A stretch of DNA of 64,000 bases from Elusimicrobiota bacterium (GCA_016194705.1 JACQAZ010000015.1:4771-68770), one strand, 5' to 3'. Numbered from the stretch's first letter, positions 8,226 to 18,083 are shown. A program made the numbers and translations. Notes: generated by a model from the sequence alone, not told the origin.

Positions 8226-9662
8226 CTAGAAGCCCATGGCCATCGCAAACGCGATCTGGTAGATGTCGACCAAGCCGATCGAGGTCAGCGAACGCGTGGA
8301 GGCGTCTCCCATGGTCCAATAGGAATATTCGGTCTTGAAGTTGAAATGGTCGGTCAGCTGGTAGTTGAGGGCCGCCGTGAACTTGTTGATGTGCGTGCTC
8401 CCGCGGTACGCGCCCGCCCCTTCCGCCTGGATCGAGGGGAAGGTCGTGCCGGAGATGACCTGATTGAGGAACAGGTCCAGCAGCGGGCCGCGCCGGAACA
8501 TCTGGTTGAACACGAGGACCCCCGTGACGCGCTCCCCCCAGGGCGGCTTGCGGATCAGCGGGAAGGAGGTCTGGATGAAGTAGCCTTGGTTGGTCTCGAA
8601 GTCCTTGACCATGCTGACCGGCAGGGCGATGGCGCCGAAATTTTCGAGCGGGGAGAGGAACTGGTTGAAGCCGTAGACGTACTCGGCGGAGACGTTGAAG
8701 CCGCGGTAATCGAAGGTCAGGTCCGCCGCGTAGGTCTGGTAATTGAGATGGCCTTCCAGATCGTACTGTCCCCCCATCCCCGCGAGGCCCAAATTCATGC
8801 CGGTGACGTCGAGGATGCCCTCGGGCACCGGCCAGGGGAACCGCACGTCCCCGAGCGAGAACACGGCGCGCCCGCCGAAGGACTTGTAGTTGTTGTTGTC
8901 GGCGAGGTTGTTGTTCTGGTGGCCGAAATCGATGTTGGAGCCGTTGCCCGGCACGCCCGGGATGCCGAGGAAGTCCGTGTTCGGGAAGGTGCGCTGGCGG
9001 TTGTTGTTCTCTCCGAGGCCGTTGACCACGAAAAACGTGATTTCGGAGGGAAGGTAGGGATTCTTGCTCGGGGGATACCAGGTGGCGCGCGCGCCGAGGT
9101 CCGTGTAGCCCACGCTGACCGGCGGGCGCGGCGAGTTGACGCGCACGACGAGGTCGAGGCTGTCTGGCGAGGCGTACAGAAGCGGGCGCGTCACGGTCAA
9201 GAAATCGTTGGCGCGGTAGAGCTCGTTGTAGCGGCTGAAGGGGACGAGGAACTGCCCGAACTGAAACGTGAAATCCTCGATGCGGTTGTAGGAGAAGTTG
9301 AGCTGATAGAGCTGCAGCGAGCCCTGTCCCGCGGTCGGCATGTGCCATTCGACTTGGAGCGGGACCCCGTCGATGAACGGTCCTTCGAGCCCGAAATACA
9401 TGTCCGCGAGGTAGATCTCGTTCTGGATCTGGGTCTCGAAGCCGGGCCGGCGCGGGCCCACGTTGCGCCAGTTGAGCGAGAGGCTGCCCCGCACGTGCAT
9501 CCGTGAGAGCCTTTGCAGGAACTCGTTGGTGTAGACGGCCGCCGGAGACGGCGCCGCGAGGTGCTCGGCCGAGCCCGGAGAAGCCAGCGCGGCCAAAGTC
9601 CAGAGGGCAAGCGCCGCGCGTTGACAGCATTTCGCAAATGAGTTATGATGACGGTGGCGCAA
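8226..9662 (-). CDS. Outer-membrane β-barrel (porin-like) protein
   Basis: 478 aa with a signal-like N-terminus (TTG start in the ORF track, so the exact start is uncertain). Aromatic/Gly-rich alternating pattern and a terminal Phe (…AMAMGF) typical of an OMP C-terminus. Confidence 0.6.
   Translation of the reverse strand: MRHRHHNSFAKCCQRAALALWTLAALASPGSAEHLAAPSPAAVYTNEFLQRLSRMHVRGSLSLNWRNVGPRRPGFETQIQNEIYLADMYFGLEGPFIDGVPLQVEWHMPTAGQGSLQLYQLNFSYNRIEDFTFQFGQFLVPFSRYNELYRANDFLTVTRPLLYASPDSLDLVVRVNSPRPPVSVGYTDLGARATWYPPSKNPYLPSEITFFVVNGLGENNNRQRTFPNTDFLGIPGVPGNGSNIDFGHQNNNLADNNNYKSFGGRAVFSLGDVRFPWPVPEGILDVTGMNLGLAGMGGQYDLEGHLNYQTYAADLTFDYRGFNVSAEYVYGFNQFLSPLENFGAIALPVSMVKDFETNQGYFIQTSFPLIRKPPWGERVTGVLVFNQMFRRGPLLDLFLNQVISGTTFPSIQAEGAGAYRGSTHINKFTAALNYQLTDHFNFKTEYSYWTMGDASTRSLTSIGLVDIYQIAFAMAMGF
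9621..9649 (+). promoter_or_regulatory. Canonical σ70 promoter upstream of the ferredoxin gene
   Basis: TTGACA (9621-9626), a 17-nt spacer, TATGAT (9644-9649). Implies a ~55-nt leader with an RBS GAAGGGGGAA before the ATG at 9711. Lies inside the 5' end of the minus-strand OMP ORF. Confidence 0.5.
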
Positions 9663-9710
9663 GATTTCGCAGTATAGTATTTTTCATCCTGAAGGGGGAA
9701 TTCCAACACA

Positions 9711-10025
9711 ATGGCTCACGTGATCGGCGAAGCGTGTCTCGGCGAGGTCTACGCGGCCTGCGTCGACGTCTGCCCGGTGGAGTGCATCCATCCCGGCGAC
9801 TATCAGAATGCAAAGATGATGATCATCGATCCGGAGGTGTGCATCGATTGCGGCGTGTGCCTGCCGGAATGCCCGATCGGAGCCATCGTGGGCTCGGTCG
9901 ACGAGAACCCCGAGTGGGCCAAGATCAACGCGGAGCTGACCCCGACTTTCAAGGGCAACCCGAAGCTCACGCCCCGGCCGCCGAACGATCCTCCGCACAA
10001 GCCGACCAACAAGCTCGTCAAGTAA
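9711..10025 (+). CDS. fdxA: 7Fe-type ferredoxin (two Cys clusters)
   Basis: 104 aa with CxxxxxxCxxxCP and CIDCGVCLPECP cluster motifs. Promoter, RBS and terminator are all present. Confidence 0.85.
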   Translation: MAHVIGEACLGEVYAACVDVCPVECIHPGDYQNAKMMIIDPEVCIDCGVCLPECPIGAIVGSVDENPEWAKINAELTPTFKGNPKLTPRPPNDPPHKPTNKLVK

Positions 10026-10043
10026 TTGGCTGTTGCGCGGCCT

Positions 10044-10095
10044 GAAGAAGCCGGTCCCGCGCGCTGTACGCGCGGGGCCGGCTTCTTTCTTGCTA
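10044..10095 (+). terminator. Rho-independent terminator after the ferredoxin gene
   Basis: 20-bp stem GAAGAAGCCGGTCCCGCGCG / CGCGCGGGGCCGGCTTCTTT with a 5-nt loop, followed by a T-rich tract (TTCTTTCTT). Confidence 0.75.
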
Positions 10096-10097
10096 TC

Positions 10098-12005
10098 ATG
10101 GCCTTGTCCCCCCCCGTGCGCGCGATGAGCTACACCGTGGTCCACCGCACCCGCCTCGACACCGCCTCCTGCGAGACGCAGGGGCTCGTGCGCGTGCCCT
10201 TCGAGCAGGGCCTCTTCAAGACCACGGCGGCCTCGGCGACGCTCCAGTCGGGCGTCATCGAGACGCCGGCCCCGTTCGACGACCTCGTCGGCTCGTGGAA
10301 CGCGAAGATCCCCCCGCTGGCCGGGCTCAAGATGCAGGCCCGCGTGCTCGTGGGCTCCGAATGGTCGGGATGGTTCGACTTGGCCGCGGTGGGCAAGGAC
10401 GGCTTCGAGTCGGTCGAGAAGCAGGAGAACGATTTCGGCTTCGTCGACGTCGACACCCTCAAGCTCAAGAAGCCCGCCAAGGCCTTCCGCTATCGCTTCC
10501 TGCTCTCGGCGCCCTCCCGGGCCGTCGTGCTCCGCCTGGCCGCCATGACGGTCTCCAACGCCGAGGTCCCGGACTTGGCCCCTTTCCAGCCGGGGCCGTG
10601 GGTGACCGAGCTCAAGGCGCGCCCGCGCTCGCAGACTGTCGAGCAGGAGAAATACAAGCACGACATCTGCAGCCCGACCTCGCTGTCGATGGTCCTCGAG
10701 TTCTGGGGCGACCGCCTGCCGACCGTCGAGGTCGCGGAAAGAGTCCGCGATCAGAAGACCGCCATCTTCGGGCATTGGCCCTTCAACGCGGCCGTCGCGG
10801 GCGACCTCGGCCTCGAGTCCTACGTCGCCCGGCTCGACGGCATGGAGGACCTTCAGGAAGAAATCGCCCAAGGCCGCCCCGTCGTGGTGAGCCTGACCTA
10901 CGGCGAGGGCGAACTCAAGGGCTCGCCGATCAAGAAGACCAAGGGCCATCTCCTCGTGGTCGCCGGCTTCGACTTCAAGGGCGACGTCATCGCGCTCGAC
11001 CCGGCCGCGCCGCCCGACTCCGTGCGCCGCGTCTACGACCGCAAGGAGTTCTGGAGCGCCTGGCGTCTCAAGAAGCGGGGCCTGGCTTATCTGGTCGGCC
11101 CCTTGAAGGGGCGCAAGCTGACCGTCGGCGTGCCGGTCATGGACTTGATGGCCAAGGCCCGCCAGCGCAAGAAGGTCGAGCTCGACGACCCGGAGCACCT
11201 CTCGCAGCTGCTCTACGGCGAACGCGTGACCGTGACCGCGGTCAAGGCCGGCTGGGTCCACGTTCTCGCCGACGAGCAGCTCGACTTCTTCGAGGACGAC
11301 AAGTGGGAGGGCTACCCCGGCTGGATCGACGCCGACTCCTTGATGTTCGATCCCCCGCCCAAGCCCAACGTGCTCGTGCGCACCAAGCAGGCCCTCGTCC
11401 AGCGCGGCAGCGACATGATGCTGCTCTCGGTCGGCACCCGCCTGCTGCGCGTCTCGCAGGACAAGGACGTCTCCACCCTGCGCCTCCTCGACGGCACGAC
11501 CGCCGAGATCGCCTCCGACGCGCTCACGAGCCCGCCCGAGCAGGTCAGCGACGAGAGCCGCGCGATGATCATCAAGACCTCCGAGCTCTTCCTGGGGACC
11601 TCGTACTACTGGGGCGGACGCTCGGGCGTCGAGCCCGACCTCTCGGTGGGCGTCGACTGCTCGGGCCTGGTCAGCCTCTCCTACCGCATGCACGGCATGG
11701 ACATCCCGCGCGACTCGCACGAGCAGAAGCTCAAGGCCAAGCCCATCGACAGCAAGGACATGAAGCCCGCCGACCTCGTGTTCCTGACGGAGCCCGGCGA
11801 CAACAAGCGCATCACGCATGTGATGATCTTCACGGGCGGCGACGGCGTCATCGAGAGCCGCAAGTCCTCGGGGCGCGTGCTGCGCTCGTCCTTCAAGGAA
11901 CGCTTCGGCAAGACGCTCCTCGAGATCAAGTCCGGCGACGAGGTTACCGACCTCTCCTTCTCCCGCCCCAAGAAGCGGCTGATCTACTTCGGCAGCTACT
12001 TCTAA
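10098..12005 (+). CDS. Multidomain peptidoglycan hydrolase: peptidase C39-like + SH3-like + C-terminal NlpC/P60
   Basis: C39-like segment KHDICSPTSLSMVLEFWGD. C-terminal NlpC/P60 signature GVDCSGLVSLSYRMHGMDIPRDSHEQ…ITHVMIF (Cys and His). Start taken at the ATG at 10098, after the upstream terminator. Confidence 0.8.
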   Translation: MALSPPVRAMSYTVVHRTRLDTASCETQGLVRVPFEQGLFKTTAASATLQSGVIETPAPFDDLVGSWNAKIPPLAGLKMQARVLVGSEWSGWFDLAAVGKDGFESVEKQENDFGFVDVDTLKLKKPAKAFRYRFLLSAPSRAVVLRLAAMTVSNAEVPDLAPFQPGPWVTELKARPRSQTVEQEKYKHDICSPTSLSMVLEFWGDRLPTVEVAERVRDQKTAIFGHWPFNAAVAGDLGLESYVARLDGMEDLQEEIAQGRPVVVSLTYGEGELKGSPIKKTKGHLLVVAGFDFKGDVIALDPAAPPDSVRRVYDRKEFWSAWRLKKRGLAYLVGPLKGRKLTVGVPVMDLMAKARQRKKVELDDPEHLSQLLYGERVTVTAVKAGWVHVLADEQLDFFEDDKWEGYPGWIDADSLMFDPPPKPNVLVRTKQALVQRGSDMMLLSVGTRLLRVSQDKDVSTLRLLDGTTAEIASDALTSPPEQVSDESRAMIIKTSELFLGTSYYWGGRSGVEPDLSVGVDCSGLVSLSYRMHGMDIPRDSHEQKLKAKPIDSKDMKPADLVFLTEPGDNKRITHVMIFTGGDGVIESRKSSGRVLRSSFKERFGKTLLEIKSGDEVTDLSFSRPKKRLIYFGSYF

Positions 12006-12667
12006 AGCGCCGAGCCGCGTCCAGCCGGGAGAGGTTTGCCGAATCCTCGGAATATCCAGCCTCGCGCCAACATCTTGGCTCCCGCGTTCTCCCGCGTGAC
12101 ATACCATTCGTCGCGCGAGGCTTCCACGACATCGTAGCTCCCATCCACGGCGACGGCACTGACGAGAGCGATGTGCGTGACCCAGCCGTTCTGGCTGTGG
12201 CTCATGAAGACGACATCCCCCGGCTCCGGCGGGCCTTTCATGTCGAGGCAGCCGTTGAACTTGCAATATGAGTAGAGATTGCGCGCGCGCCGATCAAAGA
12301 ACGGATCCCCGGGCCGGCCATCGCGCTTCCCATAGTGTTCGGGGTGCTTCTTGTAGTCAGCCTCCAGCAGACGTCTGATGGATGTTCCCGAATTGCGATA
12401 GGCAATGGTCGGTACATCCATGCAAACGATTAAGCCCATCCGACCGCCGATGTTGTTCAAGTAACCCTGAAAAGGGTCGTACCATAGGCCGATGAGCTTC
12501 CGCGCTTCGACCACGACGCGGCCGCGGTCCACGGAGCCGTCCCAGCTCGCTGGCTCCTCTGTGGGGCCATGGTAGGAATGAGCCCGCGCGGTCAGGACAA
12601 GTGCAAACCCAGTGCCGACGAGGATCAGCGATAGGACCGCGATCGAAATGGCGATGAATCGTTTCAT
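12002..12667 (-). CDS. DUF1287-family (NlpC/P60-like) secreted protein
   Basis: Signal peptide MKRFIAISIAVLSLILVGTGFALVLTARA. Conserved CMDVP…AYRN and HIALV segments. GC content is lower than in neighbouring genes. Confidence 0.6.
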   Translation of the reverse strand: MKRFIAISIAVLSLILVGTGFALVLTARAHSYHGPTEEPASWDGSVDRGRVVVEARKLIGLWYDPFQGYLNNIGGRMGLIVCMDVPTIAYRNSGTSIRRLLEADYKKHPEHYGKRDGRPGDPFFDRRARNLYSYCKFNGCLDMKGPPEPGDVVFMSHSQNGWVTHIALVSAVAVDGSYDVVEASRDEWYVTRENAGAKMLARGWIFRGFGKPLPAGRGSAL

Positions 12668-12690
12668 TCTATGTCTCTATCTTGATCGCC

Positions 12691-13035
12691 TCAAGTTCTT
12701 ACTTCCTTGACGGCCCTTTGAATCCGAGGCAGCTGGCTCTTGCGCGCGAGAATTGGAACGAACTCGAGCTTCAGGGCGTATGCGATCTTCACGAGCGTCT
12801 CGACCGTCAGGTTTTGGTTGGCCGTCTCGATGCGCGAGATGACGGTCTGCGTCGTCCCAATTCTTCGAGCGAGCTGGCCCTGGGTCAGACGCGCGCGCGC
12901 GCGCGCACGATTTATCTGCAATGAAAGGTTGATCGCCACGTCGGCCTCTGCGGCCAACAGTTTCCCCCGTGCGGTCTTGGGCGGCGGGAAGACCACATCG
13001 AGAGGGACTCCACCCTTGATCCATTTCATGCTCAT
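12691..13035 (-). CDS. XRE-family HTH antitoxin (HigA-like)
   Basis: HTH segment LTQGQLARRIGTTQTVISRIE. Start MSMKW overlaps the toxin stop by 4 nt (ATGA). Confidence 0.8.
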   Translation of the reverse strand: MSMKWIKGGVPLDVVFPPPKTARGKLLAAEADVAINLSLQINRARARARLTQGQLARRIGTTQTVISRIETANQNLTVETLVKIAYALKLEFVPILARKSQLPRIQRAVKEVRT

Positions 13036-13364
13036 ATTTCCTCCCACCCCTGTCGACGGATGAACTCGGCCATATTCTTGCGCGACCGTTCGATCTCTTG
13101 ATCCGGGACCTCTCGCGATTTCTTCAAGAACGAGAACAGGAAGCGGTGCTGGTGATGCTCTATCGCCACTCGAAGCTCCCACACCCCGTCACGCAGATAC
13201 TTCCCATAATTCACCGGCAGTCTCGGTCCCATTCGGGCCAGAAGCCGGAACCAGTCTCCCGCTTTGTCGCGATGATCCTGCTTCATCGCTTTGGAATAAT
13301 CACATGGCTGGCATCTCCCGTGAGCCGTGCGGTAGAAATGGATCCTGAACCTATAGCCGCTCAT
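13032..13364 (-). CDS. Gp49-like (DUF891) RelE/HigB-superfamily toxin
   Basis: 110 aa. N-terminal YRFRIHFY and the DGVWELRV…HQHRFLFSF core are typical of Gp49-like toxins, which usually pair with an XRE antitoxin. A palindromic operator lies immediately upstream. Confidence 0.7.
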   Translation of the reverse strand: MSGYRFRIHFYRTAHGRCQPCDYSKAMKQDHRDKAGDWFRLLARMGPRLPVNYGKYLRDGVWELRVAIEHHQHRFLFSFLKKSREVPDQEIERSRKNMAEFIRRQGWEEI

Positions 13365-13392
13365 AGTATAGCCTATACGCTATGTTTGTCAA
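13362..13392 (-). promoter_or_regulatory. Toxin-antitoxin operator/promoter
   Basis: Imperfect palindrome CATAGTATAGCCTATACGCTATG (13362-13384) overlapping a -10-like TATACT. TTGACA sits 16 nt upstream on the minus strand. The exact TSS and start-codon relationship is unclear. Confidence 0.5.
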
Positions 13393-13501
13393 GACCCCTC
13401 CGTGAAACCCCATAAAGAGTATACGAGCGAGCCCCCCAAAAAGTTCCCTTTCCCCAATACGGCTGTAACCAGGCGCGGGCAAAATAAGTAGAATAAGGCC
13501 G

Positions 13502-15373
13502 ATGCTCACCGCTCTTCTGGTCATCGCGCTCTCACCCGCCCACGCGGCCTTCCCGGCCGTGGAGCGCTCGACGGCGGCCATCGCGGTCGTCTACCCGACC
13601 GAAGGCGAGGTCCTGCCGATGATGGAGGGCGAGTTCGTCCTGGGCTCGGTCTCCGACCCGAAGGCCCCCTTCAGCATCAACGGCGCCAGCGTGACGGTGC
13701 ACCCGGACGGAGCTTATCTCGCCTGGCTCGCCCTCAAGCCCGGGACCTTCACGATCCACTGCGAGCTGGCCCTGAAGGAAGGCGCGGTCGGCTACACCCG
13801 CACGATCGTCATCACCCCGCCGCCGGCGCCGCTGCCCGACAAGCCGCTGGCCATCGACAAGGACTCCATTTTTCCCAAAGCCGACCTGGAGCTGCGCGCC
13901 GGCGACTGGCTCATCGCGAAGCTCAAGTCCTCGCCGGGCGCCAAGGTCAAATACCGCCTCCCGAAGAAATCTTGGCAGCCCATGGCCGAGGTCAATCCGG
14001 CGCTGGGGCTCTACGAGGGCGTCTACCAGGTCCAGCCCGGCGACGAGATGTCTCCAGCGCAGATCGAGTTCCAAGCGGGATCCGGCTGGTCGGCCATCTC
14101 GGCCAAGAGCCAGGGCAAGGCCGCCTTTCTCTCGGGAGCCCCTCCGATCGCTGTGGTCAAGGGCAACGGCGCAGCCCGCCTCAAGACCGGTCCGGGGGAG
14201 GGCGAGCTCTTCCCCGGCGCCAACGGCATGCGCTTCATCGTCGCCGGCCGCTTGGGCTCGGAGGTCAAGCTCCAGCTCCCTAACGGCGAGGCCGCCTGGC
14301 TCGAGGCGAAATACCTCGAGTTCCAGCCTCAGGGGACGGCGCCGCCGCGGGCGGCCACCGACGTCATCTCCGTCAAGGCGGGCGACAACTCGACCGTCGT
14401 GCACATCGGGCTGACCGATCGCGTGCCCTTCCGCGTCGACGAGGCCGAGGACGGCCGCTCGCTGACGGTGAGGATCTACTACGCCTGGGCGCACACCAAC
14501 TGGGTCGTCTACGCCGACGAGGACCCGCTCGTGCAGGAGGTGCGCTTCAAGCAGGAGAACGCCGACACCGTGGCGGTCACGGTCCGCCTGAAGCCCGACC
14601 AGAATCTCTGGGGCTACCACGCCTCTTATGAAGGAAGCGCCGTCCGCCTCGAGCTGCGCCGCGCCCCGCGCCTGGCTCCGGCCCCGGCGTCCGCGCTCGA
14701 GGGCGTCGCGATCTTCGTCGACCCCGGCCACATGCCCTCCGCTCCGGGCGCGATCGGACCGCTGGGCACTCGCGAGATGGACGTCAATTACGCCATCGCC
14801 AAGGCGCTCGAGGAGAAGCTGACCAAGCAGGGCGCCAAGGTCTTCATGAGCCGCAAGAACCCCGAGGACGAGGTCGGCCTGCCGGAGAGGCCGCGACAAG
14901 CCTGGGAGAAGCGAGCGGACCTCTTCATCAGCGTGCACAACAACTTCATGGGCGACGGCTCCAATCCCTTCAAGGGACCGCCCCACGGCTCTTCGGTCTT
15001 CTACTATCATCCGCACAGCCTCGCTTTGGCCCGCGCTGTCTACCAGGCCTACGACGGCCGCGTGCCCCTGCCCGGCGAGGCCCTGCGCTTCGGCGACCTC
15101 TTGGTAGCGCGCATGACCGAGATGCCCGCGATCCTCACCGAGTCGGCTTATCTGCTCTTCCCGGAGCAGGAGGCCCTGCTGCTCGACGCCCGGTTCCGCG
15201 ACAAGATCGCCTCTGCGATCGCCGTCGGAACGAGGAGATTCCTCGAGACCGAACGCCAGCACCAGGGAGTCAAGCCCGCCAAGAGGGCGGCGCCCCCGGC
15301 GGCGACGGCGCCCGCTCCGGCGCCGCCCAAGCCGCGCAAGGGCAAACGCAGGAAGAAGGAAATCCCGGCGTGA
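13502..15373 (+). CDS. N-acetylmuramoyl-L-alanine amidase (Amidase_3, AmiC-like) with N-terminal accessory domains
   Basis: Signal peptide. Catalytic-domain motifs IFVDPGHMPSAPGA, DLFISVHNN and AILTESAYL. Confidence 0.85.
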   Translation: MLTALLVIALSPAHAAFPAVERSTAAIAVVYPTEGEVLPMMEGEFVLGSVSDPKAPFSINGASVTVHPDGAYLAWLALKPGTFTIHCELALKEGAVGYTRTIVITPPPAPLPDKPLAIDKDSIFPKADLELRAGDWLIAKLKSSPGAKVKYRLPKKSWQPMAEVNPALGLYEGVYQVQPGDEMSPAQIEFQAGSGWSAISAKSQGKAAFLSGAPPIAVVKGNGAARLKTGPGEGELFPGANGMRFIVAGRLGSEVKLQLPNGEAAWLEAKYLEFQPQGTAPPRAATDVISVKAGDNSTVVHIGLTDRVPFRVDEAEDGRSLTVRIYYAWAHTNWVVYADEDPLVQEVRFKQENADTVAVTVRLKPDQNLWGYHASYEGSAVRLELRRAPRLAPAPASALEGVAIFVDPGHMPSAPGAIGPLGTREMDVNYAIAKALEEKLTKQGAKVFMSRKNPEDEVGLPERPRQAWEKRADLFISVHNNFMGDGSNPFKGPPHGSSVFYYHPHSLALARAVYQAYDGRVPLPGEALRFGDLLVARMTEMPAILTESAYLLFPEQEALLLDARFRDKIASAIAVGTRRFLETERQHQGVKPAKRAAPPAATAPAPAPPKPRKGKRRKKEIPA

Positions 15374-16248
15374 AGAGCCACGCCGACGTCTACCTCGCCT
15401 CCCTCTACGACGTCATCGAGCTGCACGCGCAGGCCAAGGAGCCCGACGAGGACAAGGTCTGGAGCCGCGTGACCGACAAGCTCAGCGCCGCTCTGGGGGC
15501 CGAGGCGGCGACCTACTACGTCTATCTGGCCAGCAAGCGCCAGCTCCTCCCGACCTACGCGATGGGTCCGCGCGCCGCGGACCTCAAGGGGACCCCCGTC
15601 GACATCCGCACCGGGCTGTGCGGCTGGGTGGCGAGCTACCGCGAGCCGCTGCTCGTCGACGACGCCTATCAGGACGAGCGCTTTCTCCAGGAAGTCGACA
15701 AGGTCACGGGGTTCCACACCAAGACCGTGCTGGCCATCCCGCTCTTCGACCGCCTCGAGCTGACCGGGGTCATCCAGCTCATCAACAAGCGCTCGGGAGT
15801 CTTCACGCGCGATGATCTGCGCTTCGTGAGCTCGGTCAGCACGCTCACCGCCGTCGCCCTGCGCGCCCTCGCGCTCGAGACCACGGTCGACAAGGTCACG
15901 GCCCGCAACGCCTCGATCCTCGAGAACCTCGGCGGCGGCTTCATGGCCATCGACGCGCACGGCCGCGTCATGCTCTGCAACCCGGCGGCCAAGCGCATCT
16001 TGTCGCTGGCCGTCGAGGTGCCCCACAACATCCCGGTCGACCAGGCTCTGGCGCACATCCCCCGCCTGTCCGACATCCTTCTCGACACGCTGTCCACGCA
16101 CAAGATCGCCAAGCGCCAGGAGCTGACCTGGACTCATCAGGGCGAGACCAAGATCATCGGCTACGGGACCCTGCTGATCCAAGACACGCAAGGCTCGGTC
16201 ACGGGCGCCGGGATCACTTTCCAAGACATCACTCACGTCAAGAAGTAG
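15370..16248 (+). CDS. GAF + PAS domain sensor protein
   Basis: 292 aa. 4-nt overlap (GTGA) with the amidase stop. GAF-like N-terminal half and PAS-like C-terminal half. Confidence 0.7.
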   Translation: MKSHADVYLASLYDVIELHAQAKEPDEDKVWSRVTDKLSAALGAEAATYYVYLASKRQLLPTYAMGPRAADLKGTPVDIRTGLCGWVASYREPLLVDDAYQDERFLQEVDKVTGFHTKTVLAIPLFDRLELTGVIQLINKRSGVFTRDDLRFVSSVSTLTAVALRALALETTVDKVTARNASILENLGGGFMAIDAHGRVMLCNPAAKRILSLAVEVPHNIPVDQALAHIPRLSDILLDTLSTHKIAKRQELTWTHQGETKIIGYGTLLIQDTQGSVTGAGITFQDITHVKK

Positions 16249-16263
16249 CCCCAGGAGGCCCCC

Positions 16264-16791
16264 ATGGAACTCAACACACCGGCTCCCGACTTCTCGCTCA
16301 AGGCGACCGACGGCAAGACCTACGCCCTCAAGGATTTCTCGCCGGCCAAGGCCCTGGTCGTGATCTTCTCCTGCAACCACTGCCCCTACGTGGTCGCTTA
16401 CGAGGACCGCATGATCGCGATCCAGAAGGACTACGCGGCCAAGGGCGCGCGCTTTGCCGTCATCAACTCGAACGACGCCGTCAATTACCCCGACGATTCA
16501 TTCCCGGAGATGGTCAAACGCGCAAAAGCGAAGGGCTTCAATTTCCCCTACTTGTTCGACGAATCCCAGTCCGTCGCAAAGGCCTACGGCGCGACGAACA
16601 CGCCGCACCTGTTCGTCTTCGATGCGCAAAGGAAGCTCGCCTACACGGGCAAGATCGACGACAACTGGGAAAACGCCAACGCTGCGAAGCAGCAGTATCT
16701 GCGCGACGCCCTCGACGACCTGTCTGCCGGCAAGGCGCCGCGAGTCGCGCAAACGCACGCGATCGGCTGCACGATCAAGTGGAAGAAATAG
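16264..16791 (+). CDS. Thioredoxin-fold thiol-disulfide oxidoreductase (AhpC/TSA-like)
   Basis: CxxC motif CNHCPYV in the context of a thioredoxin-like fold. Confidence 0.8.
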   Translation: MELNTPAPDFSLKATDGKTYALKDFSPAKALVVIFSCNHCPYVVAYEDRMIAIQKDYAAKGARFAVINSNDAVNYPDDSFPEMVKRAKAKGFNFPYLFDESQSVAKAYGATNTPHLFVFDAQRKLAYTGKIDDNWENANAAKQQYLRDALDDLSAGKAPRVAQTHAIGCTIKWKK

Positions 16792-16792
16792 A

Positions 16793-17203
16793 ATGCGGTC
16801 TCTGACCGAATACCTCTGGTTCGAGACGCCGAAACGCGAGGAGCTCGTCAACATCACCGGGAAGATCTCCGAGCTCGTGGCCAAGAGCAAGGTTCAGGAG
16901 GGCTTCTGCCTGGTCTCGGCTATGCACATTACAGCCGGGATCTGGGTCAACGACGAGGAGCAGGGCTTGAAGGCCGACGTCATGGAGCTGCTCGAGCGCC
17001 TGGCCCCAGTCGCCGACTACCGGCACCACCGAACCGGCGAGGACAACGGCGACGCGCATCTCAAGCGCACCTTGACCGGCTACCAGGCGATGCTGCCGGT
17101 CACGAAGGGCCAGCTCGACCTCGGGCCGTGGGAACAGGTTTTCTACGCGGAATTCGACGGCCGGCGCAAGAAGCGCGTGATCGTCAAGATCATCGGAGAA
17201 TGA
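16793..17203 (+). CDS. yjbQ: YjbQ/UPF0047 family protein
   Basis: Start MRSLTEYLW at the ATG at 16793, directly after the preceding stop. [11 protein letters not shown] motif. The ORF-track N-terminal extension is an off-frame artefact overlapping the thioredoxin-like gene. Confidence 0.75.
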   Translation: MRSLTEYLWFETPKREELVNITGKISELVAKSKVQEGFCLVSAMHITAGIWVNDEEQGLKADVMELLERLAPVADYRHHRTGEDNGDAHLKRTLTGYQAMLPVTKGQLDLGPWEQVFYAEFDGRRKKRVIVKIIGE

Positions 17204-18021
17204 GCGCTTCCCCGGGGGCTCACCCTCATCCCGTCGTCTACTGGCTGGCTGGTTTTTTCCTTTTGCTCATCGGCCTGCGCTGGTTCGAGCGCGTTAATCT
17301 TTACATCCCCGACCGGGTCCTGACGGCCCATCCCGGCTCGTTCGGGCTCAAATATGAGGAGCTTCATCTGCGCGCCGTCGATGGGCCGCTGATCCACGGC
17401 TGGTTCGTCGAGAACGAGCCGGGAAGCCCGGTCATCCTCATGTGCCACGGCAACGCCGGCAACATCAGCTACCGCCTCGACAAGCTGAGGATCTTCCGCC
17501 GGCTCGGCGCCTCTGTGCTCCTGTTCGACTACCGGGGCTACGGACGAAGCACCGGCAGCCCGACGGAGGCCGGCACCTACCGCGACGCCGAAGCCGCCTA
17601 CGACTGGCTCGCTTCCGTCAAGAAGGTGCCGCCGGGCCGGATCATCCTGTGCGGCGAATCGCTGGGCAACGCGGTCGCCATCGAAATGGCGCTGCGCCAC
17701 AAGCCCCGCGGGCTCATCGTGGAGAGCGCGTTTACCTCGACGGTCGACATGGGAAAGCTCGTCTTCCCCTGGCTGCCGGTGGAGTGGATGGTCAAGTACC
17801 GCTACGACAACCTCGCCAAGCTCCCGCGCGTCGGCTGTCCCGTGCTGGTCATGCACAGCCGCCAGGACGACATCATCCCCTTCACGATGGGGCGGCGGCT
17901 CTTCGAGGCGGCAAGGGAGCCGAAGACCTTTTTCGAGATGCGGGGCAACCACAATGAAGGCTTTCTGGAGACCGGCGCGGCCTACGTCGAAGCCCTGAGG
18001 GATTTCCTGCACGGACTCTGA
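17200..18021 (+). CDS. α/β-hydrolase (S9/BAAT-like) with N-terminal TM anchor
   Basis: ATGA overlap with the yjbQ stop. Nucleophile elbow GESLGNA. Confidence 0.75.
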   Translation: MSASPGAHPHPVVYWLAGFFLLLIGLRWFERVNLYIPDRVLTAHPGSFGLKYEELHLRAVDGPLIHGWFVENEPGSPVILMCHGNAGNISYRLDKLRIFRRLGASVLLFDYRGYGRSTGSPTEAGTYRDAEAAYDWLASVKKVPPGRIILCGESLGNAVAIEMALRHKPRGLIVESAFTSTVDMGKLVFPWLPVEWMVKYRYDNLAKLPRVGCPVLVMHSRQDDIIPFTMGRRLFEAAREPKTFFEMRGNHNEGFLETGAAYVEALRDFLHGL

Positions 18022-18083
18022 GGCGCGACGCTGCCGCCCGCGCCTTGACAAAACAGATTCCCGGCATTATCCTTGAAATAGCC

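Noticed and set aside
7368-9506. 712-aa plus-strand ORF and the nested 8017..9630 / 7937..8248 minus ORFs
   Set aside because: Antisense or off-frame to the OMP and α/β-hydrolase genes. Low-complexity R/G/P composition.
9684-12271. 860-aa minus ORF and 658-aa plus ORF overlapping the C39-SH3-NlpC/P60 gene
   Set aside because: Alternate frames of a gene whose translation carries clear catalytic motifs. The alternates are R/G/H-rich with no motifs.
13532-15262. 576-aa minus ORF antisense to the amidase gene, and the 76-aa ORF at 13351..13581
   Set aside because: Antisense artefacts. The 76-aa ORF also overlaps the amidase start and promoter region.
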